Source of the DNA: Thermoanaerobaculia bacterium
Lineage (GTDB): Bacteria > Acidobacteriota > Thermoanaerobaculia > Multivoradales > Multivoraceae
Direction of reading: 5' to 3'
NCBI GenBank assembly: GCA_963666565.1
Contig: OY762911.1
Coordinates: forward strand, 3,424,001 to 3,488,000
DNA length: 64,000 nucleotides
Translations under genes and position numbers: made by a program
In this document: one piece after another, positions 50,453-59,462 of the stretch
How positions within the stretch are numbered: the stretch's first letter is position 1
How the letters are laid out: every line of letters begins with the position of its first letter
Notes under the pieces: generated by a model
Databases searched by the model: none
Told to the model about the DNA's origin: nothing
What the model saw: the letters and a program-made list of their open reading frames with translations, nothing else

Positions 50453-52789
50453 GTGACCGAAGGCGGCGGCCCGCGGCCCCCTGCCGGAACACGGCGCGAG
50501 CCGCCGGAGGCGCCGGACGAGACGCAGCGCGAAGCCCCCTCGCCATTCGACGCGACCCTGCCGGAATCCTCCGCCGCGGCGGATGCGACGCGCGCCGAAG
50601 AGGCACCTCTCGCCCACCCCGCCGCGCCGCCTTTCGCGACCGGCTTCCCCGAAGAGCTCGCGACGCGTTTCCGGCCCGTCCGCGAGCTCGACCACGGCAG
50701 CCAGGCCGACGTCTGGCTGGTGGAGGACGACGCCGGCACGCCGTTCGTCGCGAAGGTGTTCCGCCCCGGATTCGAGGGACGGCGGGACATCCTGGAGATC
50801 CTGCATGGCCTGGAACCGAACCGGGACATCGTGCCCGTGGTCTCCCACGGCCGCGCCGACGGCCGGCTGTACGTCGTGCTCGAGTACGTGCCGGGGGGCA
50901 ACCTGAGGGGTCTGATGCAGCCGGGCGTTCCGGCCTCGACCGATCTGGTCCGCGAGGTGCTGACGCAGTTGGTCTCCGCGCTCGAGCGGCTCCACGGAAA
51001 GGGCATCGAGCATCAGGACCTGAAGCCCGGCAACGTCCTGGTGCGGAGCCGGCAGCCCCTGGATCTGGTGCTGGCCGACTTCGGCGTCGCCACCCAGGCA
51101 TCGGAGACCGTCCGGGCCACCAGGCTGGCCGGCATGACCTGGGCCTACGCGCCGCCCGAGGCGTTCTCGCTCCAGCGCGAAGAACTGATGCTCTGGCGGG
51201 GCAAGTACGACGCCTGGGCGCTGGGCGTCATCGTCGTGGAGCTGCTGACGGGCCGGCATCCGCTGCCGGGAAGCGAGGCGGCGATCGCGACGTTCTTCGT
51301 GACCCGCGGCACGGACGACCTGGTCGTGGGCGTGGACGATCCGGCATGGCGGAAGCTCTGCCGCGGCCTGCTGCGCCGGGATCCGGAAGCCCGCTGGGGC
51401 ACGGCGGAGGCGCGGCGGTGGCTCGAGGCGCCGGACGCGCCCGATCTGGACGTGAAGGACGAAGCGGCGCCGGCGACGACGCCGTTGCGCGGCTTTCGCG
51501 TCAAGGATCGGGACTACGCGACGGCCGCCGACCTGGGCTCGGCGATGGCCGGCGACTGGGCCATGGCCGAGGACGTCTGGAGGTACAGGACGCCGGAACT
51601 GCTCCAGTGGCTCCGCCACGAACTCGGAACTCCGGACGTGGCGGCCCGCCTGGAGGAGATCGACCGCACGCCGGGTCTGGACTTGGACGCGCAGTTGTTC
51701 TGGGCGATCCGCGCGCTCGCCCCCCGGTCGCGGCCGTCGTTCCGGGGCGAGTCGCTGACGGCGGAGAATCTGGCGCGCGTCGCCAGCCGGGCGGCCGCGC
51801 GGCCGGACGGCGCCGACGCCGGGCTGCTGGTGATGCTCCACGACATTCCTCGTCTCGGAGGCCCCGGAGATCCGGCGCTGACCGCGCAGATGGCGCGATG
51901 GTCCGGCGCGGCGGCGGCCTGGGGAGCTCTTCGCGGAGAGCACGCCGAACTGCCCGAGCTTTCGTCGACCGAACAGAAGCTCCTGCTGGCCGCGGCGACC
52001 GAAGGCAGCGGCGTGACCGAGCAGTTGCGGGAACGGACGCGGGACGTTCTCGCGAAGTGGCCGCGGGCCCGGAAGTCCGACTGGTTCCGGCGCCTCGGCG
52101 CCGTGAGACGTGCCGAAGGGCCGCAGCTTCTCGCCATGGCCCTGCTCGCCGGTCAGGCGCACGACGAGGTCGAGGCGGACGTCCGGGCGAGCCGGAAAAC
52201 CCGGTGGCTCGGCATCGGCGCCGGAGCGACGTCCGGCCTCGCGTTCTCGCTCCTCTGCCTGTTCTTCAAAGGGCTGATGTTGGAGTACGACGATTGGGTG
52301 GCCCTCTGGGACGACAGCGCCTCCTTCCTGGGGCCGACCATCGCTGTGCTGGCGATGCTGGCTGGAGGAGCGACGGTCTTGATCTGGGTACTCGGCCGTT
52401 CTCTAGTGGCCTTAGATCTCGCGAACCCGTTCTATAACTGCCTCTTGATTCTGTGCGGCTCTCCGTTGTTGTTGCTCGCCGTGTTTTCTCTGACGTATTT
52501 CTTCCTGTATGGGCTGTTCGGAAGCGCCATGATCCTGAGCTACACGATTCCGGGCCCGTTCTTCCTGGCGCCGGGTTTCGCTCTCGTGATCTGCATGGCC
52601 ATCGGCATCGGTCTCGGCATGGCTCGCGATGTCCTGAACCTGAAGGAGACCGTCACCACCAGAGAGACGCTGAACCGGCTCATCCTCGACACGCTGGTCA
52701 TCACGCTCTGCGTCATCCTGATGTGCGCGGCCATCGGCGCCGCGCGCTTCCCGGGTTATCTTGGTGCTCTTTTCGGCGAGTGGGGCTAG
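50453..52789 (+). CDS. Membrane-anchored Ser/Thr kinase 3
   Basis: Kinase domain nearly identical to kinase 2; TM region partly like kinase 1. Confidence 0.92.
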   Translation: MTEGGGPRPPAGTRREPPEAPDETQREAPSPFDATLPESSAAADATRAEEAPLAHPAAPPFATGFPEELATRFRPVRELDHGSQADVWLVEDDAGTPFVAKVFRPGFEGRRDILEILHGLEPNRDIVPVVSHGRADGRLYVVLEYVPGGNLRGLMQPGVPASTDLVREVLTQLVSALERLHGKGIEHQDLKPGNVLVRSRQPLDLVLADFGVATQASETVRATRLAGMTWAYAPPEAFSLQREELMLWRGKYDAWALGVIVVELLTGRHPLPGSEAAIATFFVTRGTDDLVVGVDDPAWRKLCRGLLRRDPEARWGTAEARRWLEAPDAPDLDVKDEAAPATTPLRGFRVKDRDYATAADLGSAMAGDWAMAEDVWRYRTPELLQWLRHELGTPDVAARLEEIDRTPGLDLDAQLFWAIRALAPRSRPSFRGESLTAENLARVASRAAARPDGADAGLLVMLHDIPRLGGPGDPALTAQMARWSGAAAAWGALRGEHAELPELSSTEQKLLLAAATEGSGVTEQLRERTRDVLAKWPRARKSDWFRRLGAVRRAEGPQLLAMALLAGQAHDEVEADVRASRKTRWLGIGAGATSGLAFSLLCLFFKGLMLEYDDWVALWDDSASFLGPTIAVLAMLAGGATVLIWVLGRSLVALDLANPFYNCLLILCGSPLLLLAVFSLTYFFLYGLFGSAMILSYTIPGPFFLAPGFALVICMAIGIGLGMARDVLNLKETVTTRETLNRLILDTLVITLCVILMCAAIGAARFPGYLGALFGEWG

Positions 52790-52792
52790 TAA

Positions 52793-52873
52793 ACTGTGTG
52801 GCACATCGACGGCAAGCACTACGGGTTCCGGGGCGGCGACCCGGTCGAGTTGGAGGCGCCCGTTTCGGAGTAG
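52793..52873 (+). pseudogene. Stop-severed C-terminal tail of kinase 3
   Basis: After TAG TAA the same frame reads TVWHIDGKHYGFRGGDPVELEAPVSE*, homologous to the kinase 1 end VYRVDGQHYRVQDGVGVEIEAPVSE*. Confidence 0.8.
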
Positions 52874-52884
52874 AGTCGCGCCCC

Positions 52885-55122
52885 ATGAAGCGCCTTCCGG
52901 CGGCGACCATCGCCGCACTCCTGTCGCTGTGGGCCGCCGCGTCGGGGGCCCAGATCGCCCGCCCGTCCGCCGCGGCGGTGGCCGTGGGCGAGGCCCCGGC
53001 GCTCGATGGCGCCGTCCTCGACGATCCCGTCTGGCAAAGCGTCGCGCCGGTCTCGGGCACGACGCAGACCCGGCCGTTCGCCGGCGAGCCGGGCACGGAA
53101 CGCACCGAAGTGCGTTTCGCCTTCACCGAGGACACCCTCTTCGTCGGCGTCGTCTGCCACGACCGGGCGCCGGACGGCATCGTCATCTCGGACAGCCGGC
53201 GGGACGCGGCCCTGGACGAGACGGACAGCTTCCAGGTCATCTTCGACACGTTCCGGGACGGGCGCAACGGCTTCGTGTTCGGTACGAACCCGGCCGGCAT
53301 CGAGTACGACGGCCAGGTCGTCGAGGGCGGCTCCGGCGTGTTCAGCGGCATGGGCGGCGGCGGCCGCTTCCGGGGCGCCCTGAGCACCGGCTTCAACCTG
53401 AACTGGGACGGCGCCTGGAACGTCGCCACAGAGGTCGGAGAGTTCGGCTGGAGCGCCGAGTTCGCCATTCCCTTTCGCACCCTCCGCTATCCCCCGACCG
53501 ACGTGCAGACCTGGGGCCTCAACTTCCAGCGCAACATCGCCCGCCACCGGGAAGTCGCCTTCTGGGCCGAGCTCGACCGGAACCACGACCTCGACCGGCT
53601 GACCGACGCGGGCTCGCTCCAGGGCGTCGAGCCGCCGCCGCAGCGCAACCTGAAGCTGATCCCCTACGCGATCGGATCGAGCAGGGAGCCGCCCGCGGCC
53701 GGCAGCGGCAGCGAGTCGGACTCCGACCTCGGCGTCGACCTCAAGTACAGCGTGACCCCGAGCCTGACCCTCGACGTGACGTACAACACGGACTTCGCCC
53801 AGGTCGAGGTCGACGAGCAGCAGGTGAACCTCGACCGGTTCAACCTGTTCTTCCCCGAGAAGCGGCCGTTCTTCCTGGAGAACGCCGGCCTGTTCACCGT
53901 CGGCGCGCGTTCGGGGGGAAGCCGCGCGTCGGCCCGCGTCGACCTGTTCTTCAGCCGGCGCATCGGCATCGGGCCCGGCGGCGAACTGATCCCGATCGAC
54001 TACGGCGGCCGGCTCTCCGGCAAGGCGGGCCGCTTCAACGTCGGGCTGCTCCACATGCAGACCGCGTCGGTGGGAGGGCTGCACGGCAACGACTACGCCG
54101 TCGCCCGCGTCAACCGGGAACTGGGCGAGCGCTCCAGCATCGGCGGCATGTTCGTGAGCCGCGAGGGCGTGGGCAGCCTCGCGCCGGAGGGCGACACGAA
54201 CCGGACCTACGCCATCGACGGCAAGTGGGGCATCGGCGAGCATCACACCGTCGAGACCTACGTCGCCCGGACCGACACGCCGGGACTCGAGGGCGACGAC
54301 AGCTCGATGCTCCTGAGCTACAACCTCGGCAAGCCGCAGTGGCGCGGCAGCCTCAGCCTCGCCGAGGCGCGCGCGAACTTCAACCCGGAAGTCGGCTTCA
54401 TGTCGCGGCGGGACTTCCGGAACTTCTCCACGTTCGTGATGCGCACGGTCCGGCCGAAGAACCTCGCCGGCTTCCACGAGATCCGGCCCCACGCCTCCTA
54501 CAGCGGCATCTGGGACTTCGACGACTACAAGGAGACCCAGTACATCCACGTCGACACGCACTGGGAGTGGCGCAACGGCTTCCAGGTCCACACCGGCGTG
54601 AACTTCACCGAGGAGGGCGTCAAGGAGACGTTCGAGATCGTCGACGGCTTCCCGGTCCAGGCGGGAAGGTACAGCCACGACGAGCTGCAGACCGTGTTCT
54701 CGACGAACCAGGCGAAGCCGTTCTCGGTCTACATCCGCAACGTCACGGGCGGCTTCTTCGGCGGCGACCGGAGTTCCACCTCGCTCACCCTGCTCGCCCG
54801 GCGCGGCGAGCGGCTGACCTCGGAACTGACCTGGGACCACAACGACGTGGACATCGCCTCCGGCGGCTTCCAGGTCAATCTGGGCCGGCTCCGGCTCTCC
54901 TACTCCATCACCCCCCGGATGCTCGTCCAGGCGCTCGCCCAGTACAACGACCAGTCCGACAACGTGTCCGCGAACCTGCGCTTCTCCTGGCTGCAGGACG
55001 CGAACACGGGGCTGTTCGTGGTCTACAACGAGATCGACGAGCTGGGCGCGCGGATCCTCTACGAGAGGCCGGACCGCACCGTGATCGTCAAGTACAGCCG
55101 CCTGATCGACGTCTTCCGTTGA
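52885..55122 (+). CDS. DUF5916 / CBM9-like secreted or outer-membrane protein
   Basis: Signal peptide, WSAEFAIPF, NTDFAQVEVD, FFPEKRPFFLE, FFSRRIG; beta-rich C-terminus. Confidence 0.85.
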   Translation: MKRLPAATIAALLSLWAAASGAQIARPSAAAVAVGEAPALDGAVLDDPVWQSVAPVSGTTQTRPFAGEPGTERTEVRFAFTEDTLFVGVVCHDRAPDGIVISDSRRDAALDETDSFQVIFDTFRDGRNGFVFGTNPAGIEYDGQVVEGGSGVFSGMGGGGRFRGALSTGFNLNWDGAWNVATEVGEFGWSAEFAIPFRTLRYPPTDVQTWGLNFQRNIARHREVAFWAELDRNHDLDRLTDAGSLQGVEPPPQRNLKLIPYAIGSSREPPAAGSGSESDSDLGVDLKYSVTPSLTLDVTYNTDFAQVEVDEQQVNLDRFNLFFPEKRPFFLENAGLFTVGARSGGSRASARVDLFFSRRIGIGPGGELIPIDYGGRLSGKAGRFNVGLLHMQTASVGGLHGNDYAVARVNRELGERSSIGGMFVSREGVGSLAPEGDTNRTYAIDGKWGIGEHHTVETYVARTDTPGLEGDDSSMLLSYNLGKPQWRGSLSLAEARANFNPEVGFMSRRDFRNFSTFVMRTVRPKNLAGFHEIRPHASYSGIWDFDDYKETQYIHVDTHWEWRNGFQVHTGVNFTEEGVKETFEIVDGFPVQAGRYSHDELQTVFSTNQAKPFSVYIRNVTGGFFGGDRSSTSLTLLARRGERLTSELTWDHNDVDIASGGFQVNLGRLRLSYSITPRMLVQALAQYNDQSDNVSANLRFSWLQDANTGLFVVYNEIDELGARILYERPDRTVIVKYSRLIDVFR

Positions 55123-55163
55123 GTCGGCCACGCCGTCCCCTGTCTTCAAGGAGCTCCGTCACG

Positions 55164-55802
55164 ATGAATCCCGCCGACCTGCGCGTCTACTTCTCCTTCC
55201 GCTCCCCCTTCTCCTGGTTCGCGTTCCACCGGATCGTGACGACCGGCGCGCTGGACTGGAACGAGGTCGACGCCGTTCCCATCTTCCCCTTCGGCAAGGG
55301 GGCCAACCTCTCGGCCGGCCGCGCCAAGTCGAGCTACGTCCGCCAGGACGCGGAGCGGATCGCGAGCGCCTACGGCCTGCCCATGAACTGGCCGGAAGGC
55401 GGCGACGATCCGGACTGGTTCCCGCCGCACCAGATCTACCTCTGGGCCCGGGAGCGGGGCAAGGCGGTCGACTACGCCCGCGAGGCCTTCCTGGCCCGCT
55501 TCGGGCGCGGCCTCGACCTCGCCAGCGACGAGGTCATGCGCGCCGCCGCCGAAGCCGCGGGCCTCGACGGCGACGAGGCCCTGGCCGTCGCCCACGATCC
55601 GAAGTGGAAGGACAAGGTCATGGCCGGCTTTGCCCACACCCGGGACGACGGCGCCTTCGGCGTGCCGCTGTTCATCTACCGCGGCGAGCGCTTCTGGGGC
55701 AACGACCGGCTCGACTGGCTGCTGCGCGCCATCGCGCTCTCGGAAGGCCGCGAAGTGCCCGACCTGGCGGCCGATCCGCTGGCGCCCGTCTCCTCCGCCT
55801 AG
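55164..55802 (+). CDS. DsbA-like / 2-hydroxychromene-2-carboxylate isomerase family protein
   Basis: YFSFRSPFSW, GAFGVP, FWGNDRL. Confidence 0.88.
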   Translation: MNPADLRVYFSFRSPFSWFAFHRIVTTGALDWNEVDAVPIFPFGKGANLSAGRAKSSYVRQDAERIASAYGLPMNWPEGGDDPDWFPPHQIYLWARERGKAVDYAREAFLARFGRGLDLASDEVMRAAAEAAGLDGDEALAVAHDPKWKDKVMAGFAHTRDDGAFGVPLFIYRGERFWGNDRLDWLLRAIALSEGREVPDLAADPLAPVSSA

Positions 55803-55842
55803 CGGCAGCCCGCCTCCTTTCCGTGTGCTTCAATAGGGAGAC

Positions 55843-56382
55843 TTGATCTTCTTCGAGCAGCACCGTGCGCGCATCGAGCGGGCCGAAGCGCACTGCCGCC
55901 GCCTGCAGGCCGCGTTCGCCGTCGCCGGCGGCATCGCGCTCGCCGTGCTGCTCGGCATCACGGTGGCCGAAGTCCTCTGGCGCCACATCCTGAACGACTC
56001 GCTGCCCTGGATCGAGGATGTCTCGACCATGTCGCTCGCCGTCGTGGTGGCGGCCGCGGTCGCCTGGGGCGCCCGCGAGGGCGCCCACGTCGGCGTCAAC
56101 CTGATCGCGCGATTCGCGGGCCGGCGAGTCACCCGGGTTACCGATGCGATCGCCCGCATTCTGAGCCTGGGCGTGACGGCGCTGGCCGCCTGGGCCATGT
56201 TCGTCCACGGCGCCTGCGGCCTGCCCTGCGGCGACGTGACCGGCAGCATCTCGATCCCGCATACCCCGTTCTACTACGCGCTCGGGGCGTCGCTGGCCGC
56301 CTGTTGCTGCCTGCTCGCGTCCCAGACGCTGCTGGGGTTCGCCGCGTGGAACGCCGACGATCCCAACGAGCCGGTCGAGTGA
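55843..56382 (+). CDS. dctQ: TRAP transporter small permease
   Basis: About four TM helices, EGAHVGVNL motif, directly before DctM. Confidence 0.85.
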   Translation: MIFFEQHRARIERAEAHCRRLQAAFAVAGGIALAVLLGITVAEVLWRHILNDSLPWIEDVSTMSLAVVVAAAVAWGAREGAHVGVNLIARFAGRRVTRVTDAIARILSLGVTALAAWAMFVHGACGLPCGDVTGSISIPHTPFYYALGASLAACCCLLASQTLLGFAAWNADDPNEPVE

Positions 56383-57686
56383 CGGCCGGAACCGGCATCG
56401 CCCTGCTGGGCTTTCTCGCTCTTCTCGCCCTGCTGCTGATCCGCGTGCCGGCGGGGCTGGCGATGCTGATCGTGGGCGCGGCCGGAATCGCCATGATCCG
56501 CCCCGGCGCCGTCGTGCCGGTGGTGGCGGGAGAGGTGTTCGCGGTCTCCTCCCGCTACTCGCTCACCATCCTGCCCCTGTTCATGCTGATGGGCAACTTG
56601 GCCCTGGTTTCCGGGATGAGCCAGGACCTGTACCGGGCCGCGCACGGCTGGCTCGGCCGGTTTCGCGGCAGCCTCGCTTCCGCGTCGATCGTCGCGTGCG
56701 CCGGATTCTCGGCTCTCTCGGGGTCGTCGCTCGCCGCCGCGCTGACGATGGGCCGCGTTTCGCTGCCCGAGATGCGGCGGTTCCGGTACGACGACTCGCT
56801 GGCTACCGGCGCCATCGCCGCCGGCGGAACGCTTGGCATCCTGATCCCGCCGTCGGCGGGGATGGTGATCTACGGGATCATCACCGAAGAGAGCATCGGG
56901 CGCCTGTTCATGGCCGGCGTGATTCCCGGCGTTCTGCTCACCCTGCTCTTCGTCCTCGCCGTCTGGATCGTCGTCAGGCGGGATCCGGACAAGGCGCCGC
57001 ACGCCGCGGCGTCCCTGCCGTGGCGGGATCGGCTCCGGGCCACCGCGAGAGCGGGGTGGATCCTCGGCATCGTCGTCGTCACGATCGGCGGCATCTACGC
57101 CGGCGTCTTCTCCGCCATCGAGGCGGCCGGAGTGGGAGCGGCGCTGGCGCTGATCGCGGCCTGCGCGCGGCGCAAACTGAACGGGAAGACCGCGGTCGAG
57201 GTGGCGAGCGCCACGCTCAAGGCGAGCGGCACCGCCTTCCTGGTGCTGTTCGGCGCGTTCGTGTTCAAGGTCTTCCTCGGCTTCACCGGCATCGCCTTCG
57301 TCGCGACCGAGTGGGTCGGCGTACAGGGCTTCTCGGGCGCTCAGGTCGTCGCGCTGGTCCTCGTCATGTTCGTCGTTCTGGGCACCTTTCTCGACGGATT
57401 CGCGATGCTGGTGCTGACCGTCCCCCTGGTGCAGCCGGTACTCGAGTCGCTGGGCGTCGACATGATCTGGTTCGGCGTGCTGGTCGTCATCGCACTTGAG
57501 ATGGGCCTGATCTCGCCTCCGGTGGGGCTGAACATCTTCGTGGTGAAGGGCGTGGCGCCCGACGTGCCGATCCACACGATGTTCCGCGGCATCGTTCCGT
57601 TCTGGCTCGCCCTCCTCGCGGCGATGGTCCTGATCGCGTTCGTTCCCCGGATCGCCACCCTGCTGCCGGACGCCATGTTCGGATGA
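56379..57686 (+). CDS. dctM: TRAP transporter large permease
   Basis: LPLFMLMG, SGSS, GGTLGILIPPS, GLISPPVGLN. Confidence 0.93.
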   Translation: MTAGTGIALLGFLALLALLLIRVPAGLAMLIVGAAGIAMIRPGAVVPVVAGEVFAVSSRYSLTILPLFMLMGNLALVSGMSQDLYRAAHGWLGRFRGSLASASIVACAGFSALSGSSLAAALTMGRVSLPEMRRFRYDDSLATGAIAAGGTLGILIPPSAGMVIYGIITEESIGRLFMAGVIPGVLLTLLFVLAVWIVVRRDPDKAPHAAASLPWRDRLRATARAGWILGIVVVTIGGIYAGVFSAIEAAGVGAALALIAACARRKLNGKTAVEVASATLKASGTAFLVLFGAFVFKVFLGFTGIAFVATEWVGVQGFSGAQVVALVLVMFVVLGTFLDGFAMLVLTVPLVQPVLESLGVDMIWFGVLVVIALEMGLISPPVGLNIFVVKGVAPDVPIHTMFRGIVPFWLALLAAMVLIAFVPRIATLLPDAMFG

Positions 57687-59461
57687 ACGTGAAGGAGGCC
57701 AAGGGCCCGCGGCCCGACGCCGGCGAGGAACTCCTGTACGAAGCCGACGACCGGATTCCCCGGTTGCTCGCGCTCGGGCTCGGCTTGCAGCTCGCCGCCC
57801 TGGGCCTCAACGGGATGGTGCTCCTGCCGACGATCGCGTTCCGGGCCGGCGGCGCCGGGGACCTGGCGCTCTGGGCGGTGTTCGCCTCCGTGCTGGCCTG
57901 CGGCGCCGCCACGATCGTGCAGGCCGTGCGGGTGGGACGGTACGGAGCGGGTTTCACCCTGGCCCACGTCAGCTCGGCGATCTTCATCGCCGTCTGCGCC
58001 GAGGCCCTGATCCGGGGAGGACCGGGGCTGCTGGCGACCCTGGTCGTCATCTCGGCGATCGCCCAGACCGCGCTCTCGGCACGGCTCTCGCTGCTCCACC
58101 GGGTGCTCGTGCCAGTCGTCACGGGAACGGTGATCATGCTCCTTCCGGTCAGCGTGATGCCGATTCTCTTCCGCATGCTGAACGAGGCGCCGCCCGGCGC
58201 CCCCGGCTACGCCGGGCCGCTGAGCGCCGGCGTCACGATCTGCGCCTTCCTGGGGATCGCCCTGAGGGGGAAGGGGAAGGCGCGCCTCTGGGCGCCCGCC
58301 GCCGGCATCGTCGCCGGCGCCCTGACCGGCGCATTCCTCGGCATCTACGATTTCGCGCGCGTGGCCGACGCGGCGTGGATCGGCGCTCCCCGGGGCCGCC
58401 CGCCCGGGCTGGACCTCGAGTTCGGCGCCGCGTTCTGGGCCCTCCTGCCCGCGTTCCTGCTGGTGGCGCTGGTCGGCTCGACCAAGTCGGTCGCCGTCGC
58501 GGTCGCCGCCCAGCGCGTGGCCTGGCGCAAGGCCCGCGCGGTCGACTTCCGGGCCGTGCAGCGGGCCGTGGCCGCGGAAGGCGCCAGCAGCCTGCTGGCG
58601 GGTCTGGCCGGAACGATGCCCAACACCCTGAACGCGGGATCGGCCTCCGCGGTCGAGGTCACCGGCGTCGCGGCGCGCCGCGTCGGGGTCGCGTGCGGGC
58701 TGGTCTTCGTCGTTCTGGCCTTCCTGCCGAAAGCGCTCGCCCTCATTCTCGCGATCCCCTCCGCGGTCGTGGCCGCGGCCGTCGCCGTGGTCATGGTGAC
58801 CCTGTTCACGGTCGGAGTGCGCGAGGTCGCGACGAGCATGGGCGCGAACCCCCGCAACGGCCTGATCGCGGCCGTCTCGTTCTGGACCGGCGTCGGCTTG
58901 GAGTTCGACCTGATCTTCCCCGAGTGGTTCGGCGAGTTCGCGGGAGGACTGTTCAGCAACGGCTTGACCACCGGGGGTCTGGTGGCGCTCCTGCTCACCG
59001 CGCTGACGCTGCGGCGCAAGAGCCAGTTCAGGGGCCGGCTCGACACGGCCGAACTGCCGCGGCTCAGGAAGTTCATCCGGGAGTTCGCCGCCCGCAACCG
59101 CCTGGAGGCCGCCGCGCGGCGGCTCGATGCCGCGACCGAGGAAGCGTTGCTCACCCTGTTGCAGTCGCGTGCGGAGAGCGAAGAAGAGGACGACGACGAG
59201 CGATCGGCGCTGCTTCTCGTGGCGCGCGAAGAAGACGGCGAGGCCGTGCTGGAGTTCAAGGTAGGCGCGGCAAGCGCCGACGAGATCAACCTTCAGGACC
59301 GCCTGTCGTCCCTCGGCGGGCGAACCGGCGCTGCCTGGGTCGAGCACGAGATCTCCCTGCGGATGCTCCGCCGCCTGGCGTCCTCGGTTCGGCACCAGCA
59401 GTTTCACGACACGGACATCCTGACCCTCCGCGTCTCGGCCGTCCCCCGGCGCGGGTCCTGA
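57683..59461 (+). CDS. NCS2 (xanthine/uracil) permease family protein with soluble C-terminal RsbW/HATPase-like domain
   Basis: LGLGLQ, TIVQ, PVVTGTVI, EVTGVAARRVG, FLPK, SNGLTTGG; about 140-aa soluble C-terminal extension. Confidence 0.8.
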   Translation: MNVKEAKGPRPDAGEELLYEADDRIPRLLALGLGLQLAALGLNGMVLLPTIAFRAGGAGDLALWAVFASVLACGAATIVQAVRVGRYGAGFTLAHVSSAIFIAVCAEALIRGGPGLLATLVVISAIAQTALSARLSLLHRVLVPVVTGTVIMLLPVSVMPILFRMLNEAPPGAPGYAGPLSAGVTICAFLGIALRGKGKARLWAPAAGIVAGALTGAFLGIYDFARVADAAWIGAPRGRPPGLDLEFGAAFWALLPAFLLVALVGSTKSVAVAVAAQRVAWRKARAVDFRAVQRAVAAEGASSLLAGLAGTMPNTLNAGSASAVEVTGVAARRVGVACGLVFVVLAFLPKALALILAIPSAVVAAAVAVVMVTLFTVGVREVATSMGANPRNGLIAAVSFWTGVGLEFDLIFPEWFGEFAGGLFSNGLTTGGLVALLLTALTLRRKSQFRGRLDTAELPRLRKFIREFAARNRLEAAARRLDAATEEALLTLLQSRAESEEEDDDERSALLLVAREEDGEAVLEFKVGAASADEINLQDRLSSLGGRTGAAWVEHEISLRMLRRLASSVRHQQFHDTDILTLRVSAVPRRGS

Positions 59462-59462
59462 C

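Noticed and set aside
44092-52873. Diversity-generating retroelement driving kinase variation
   Set aside because: No reverse transcriptase in the window and no template/variable repeat pair with adenine-specific mismatches seen.
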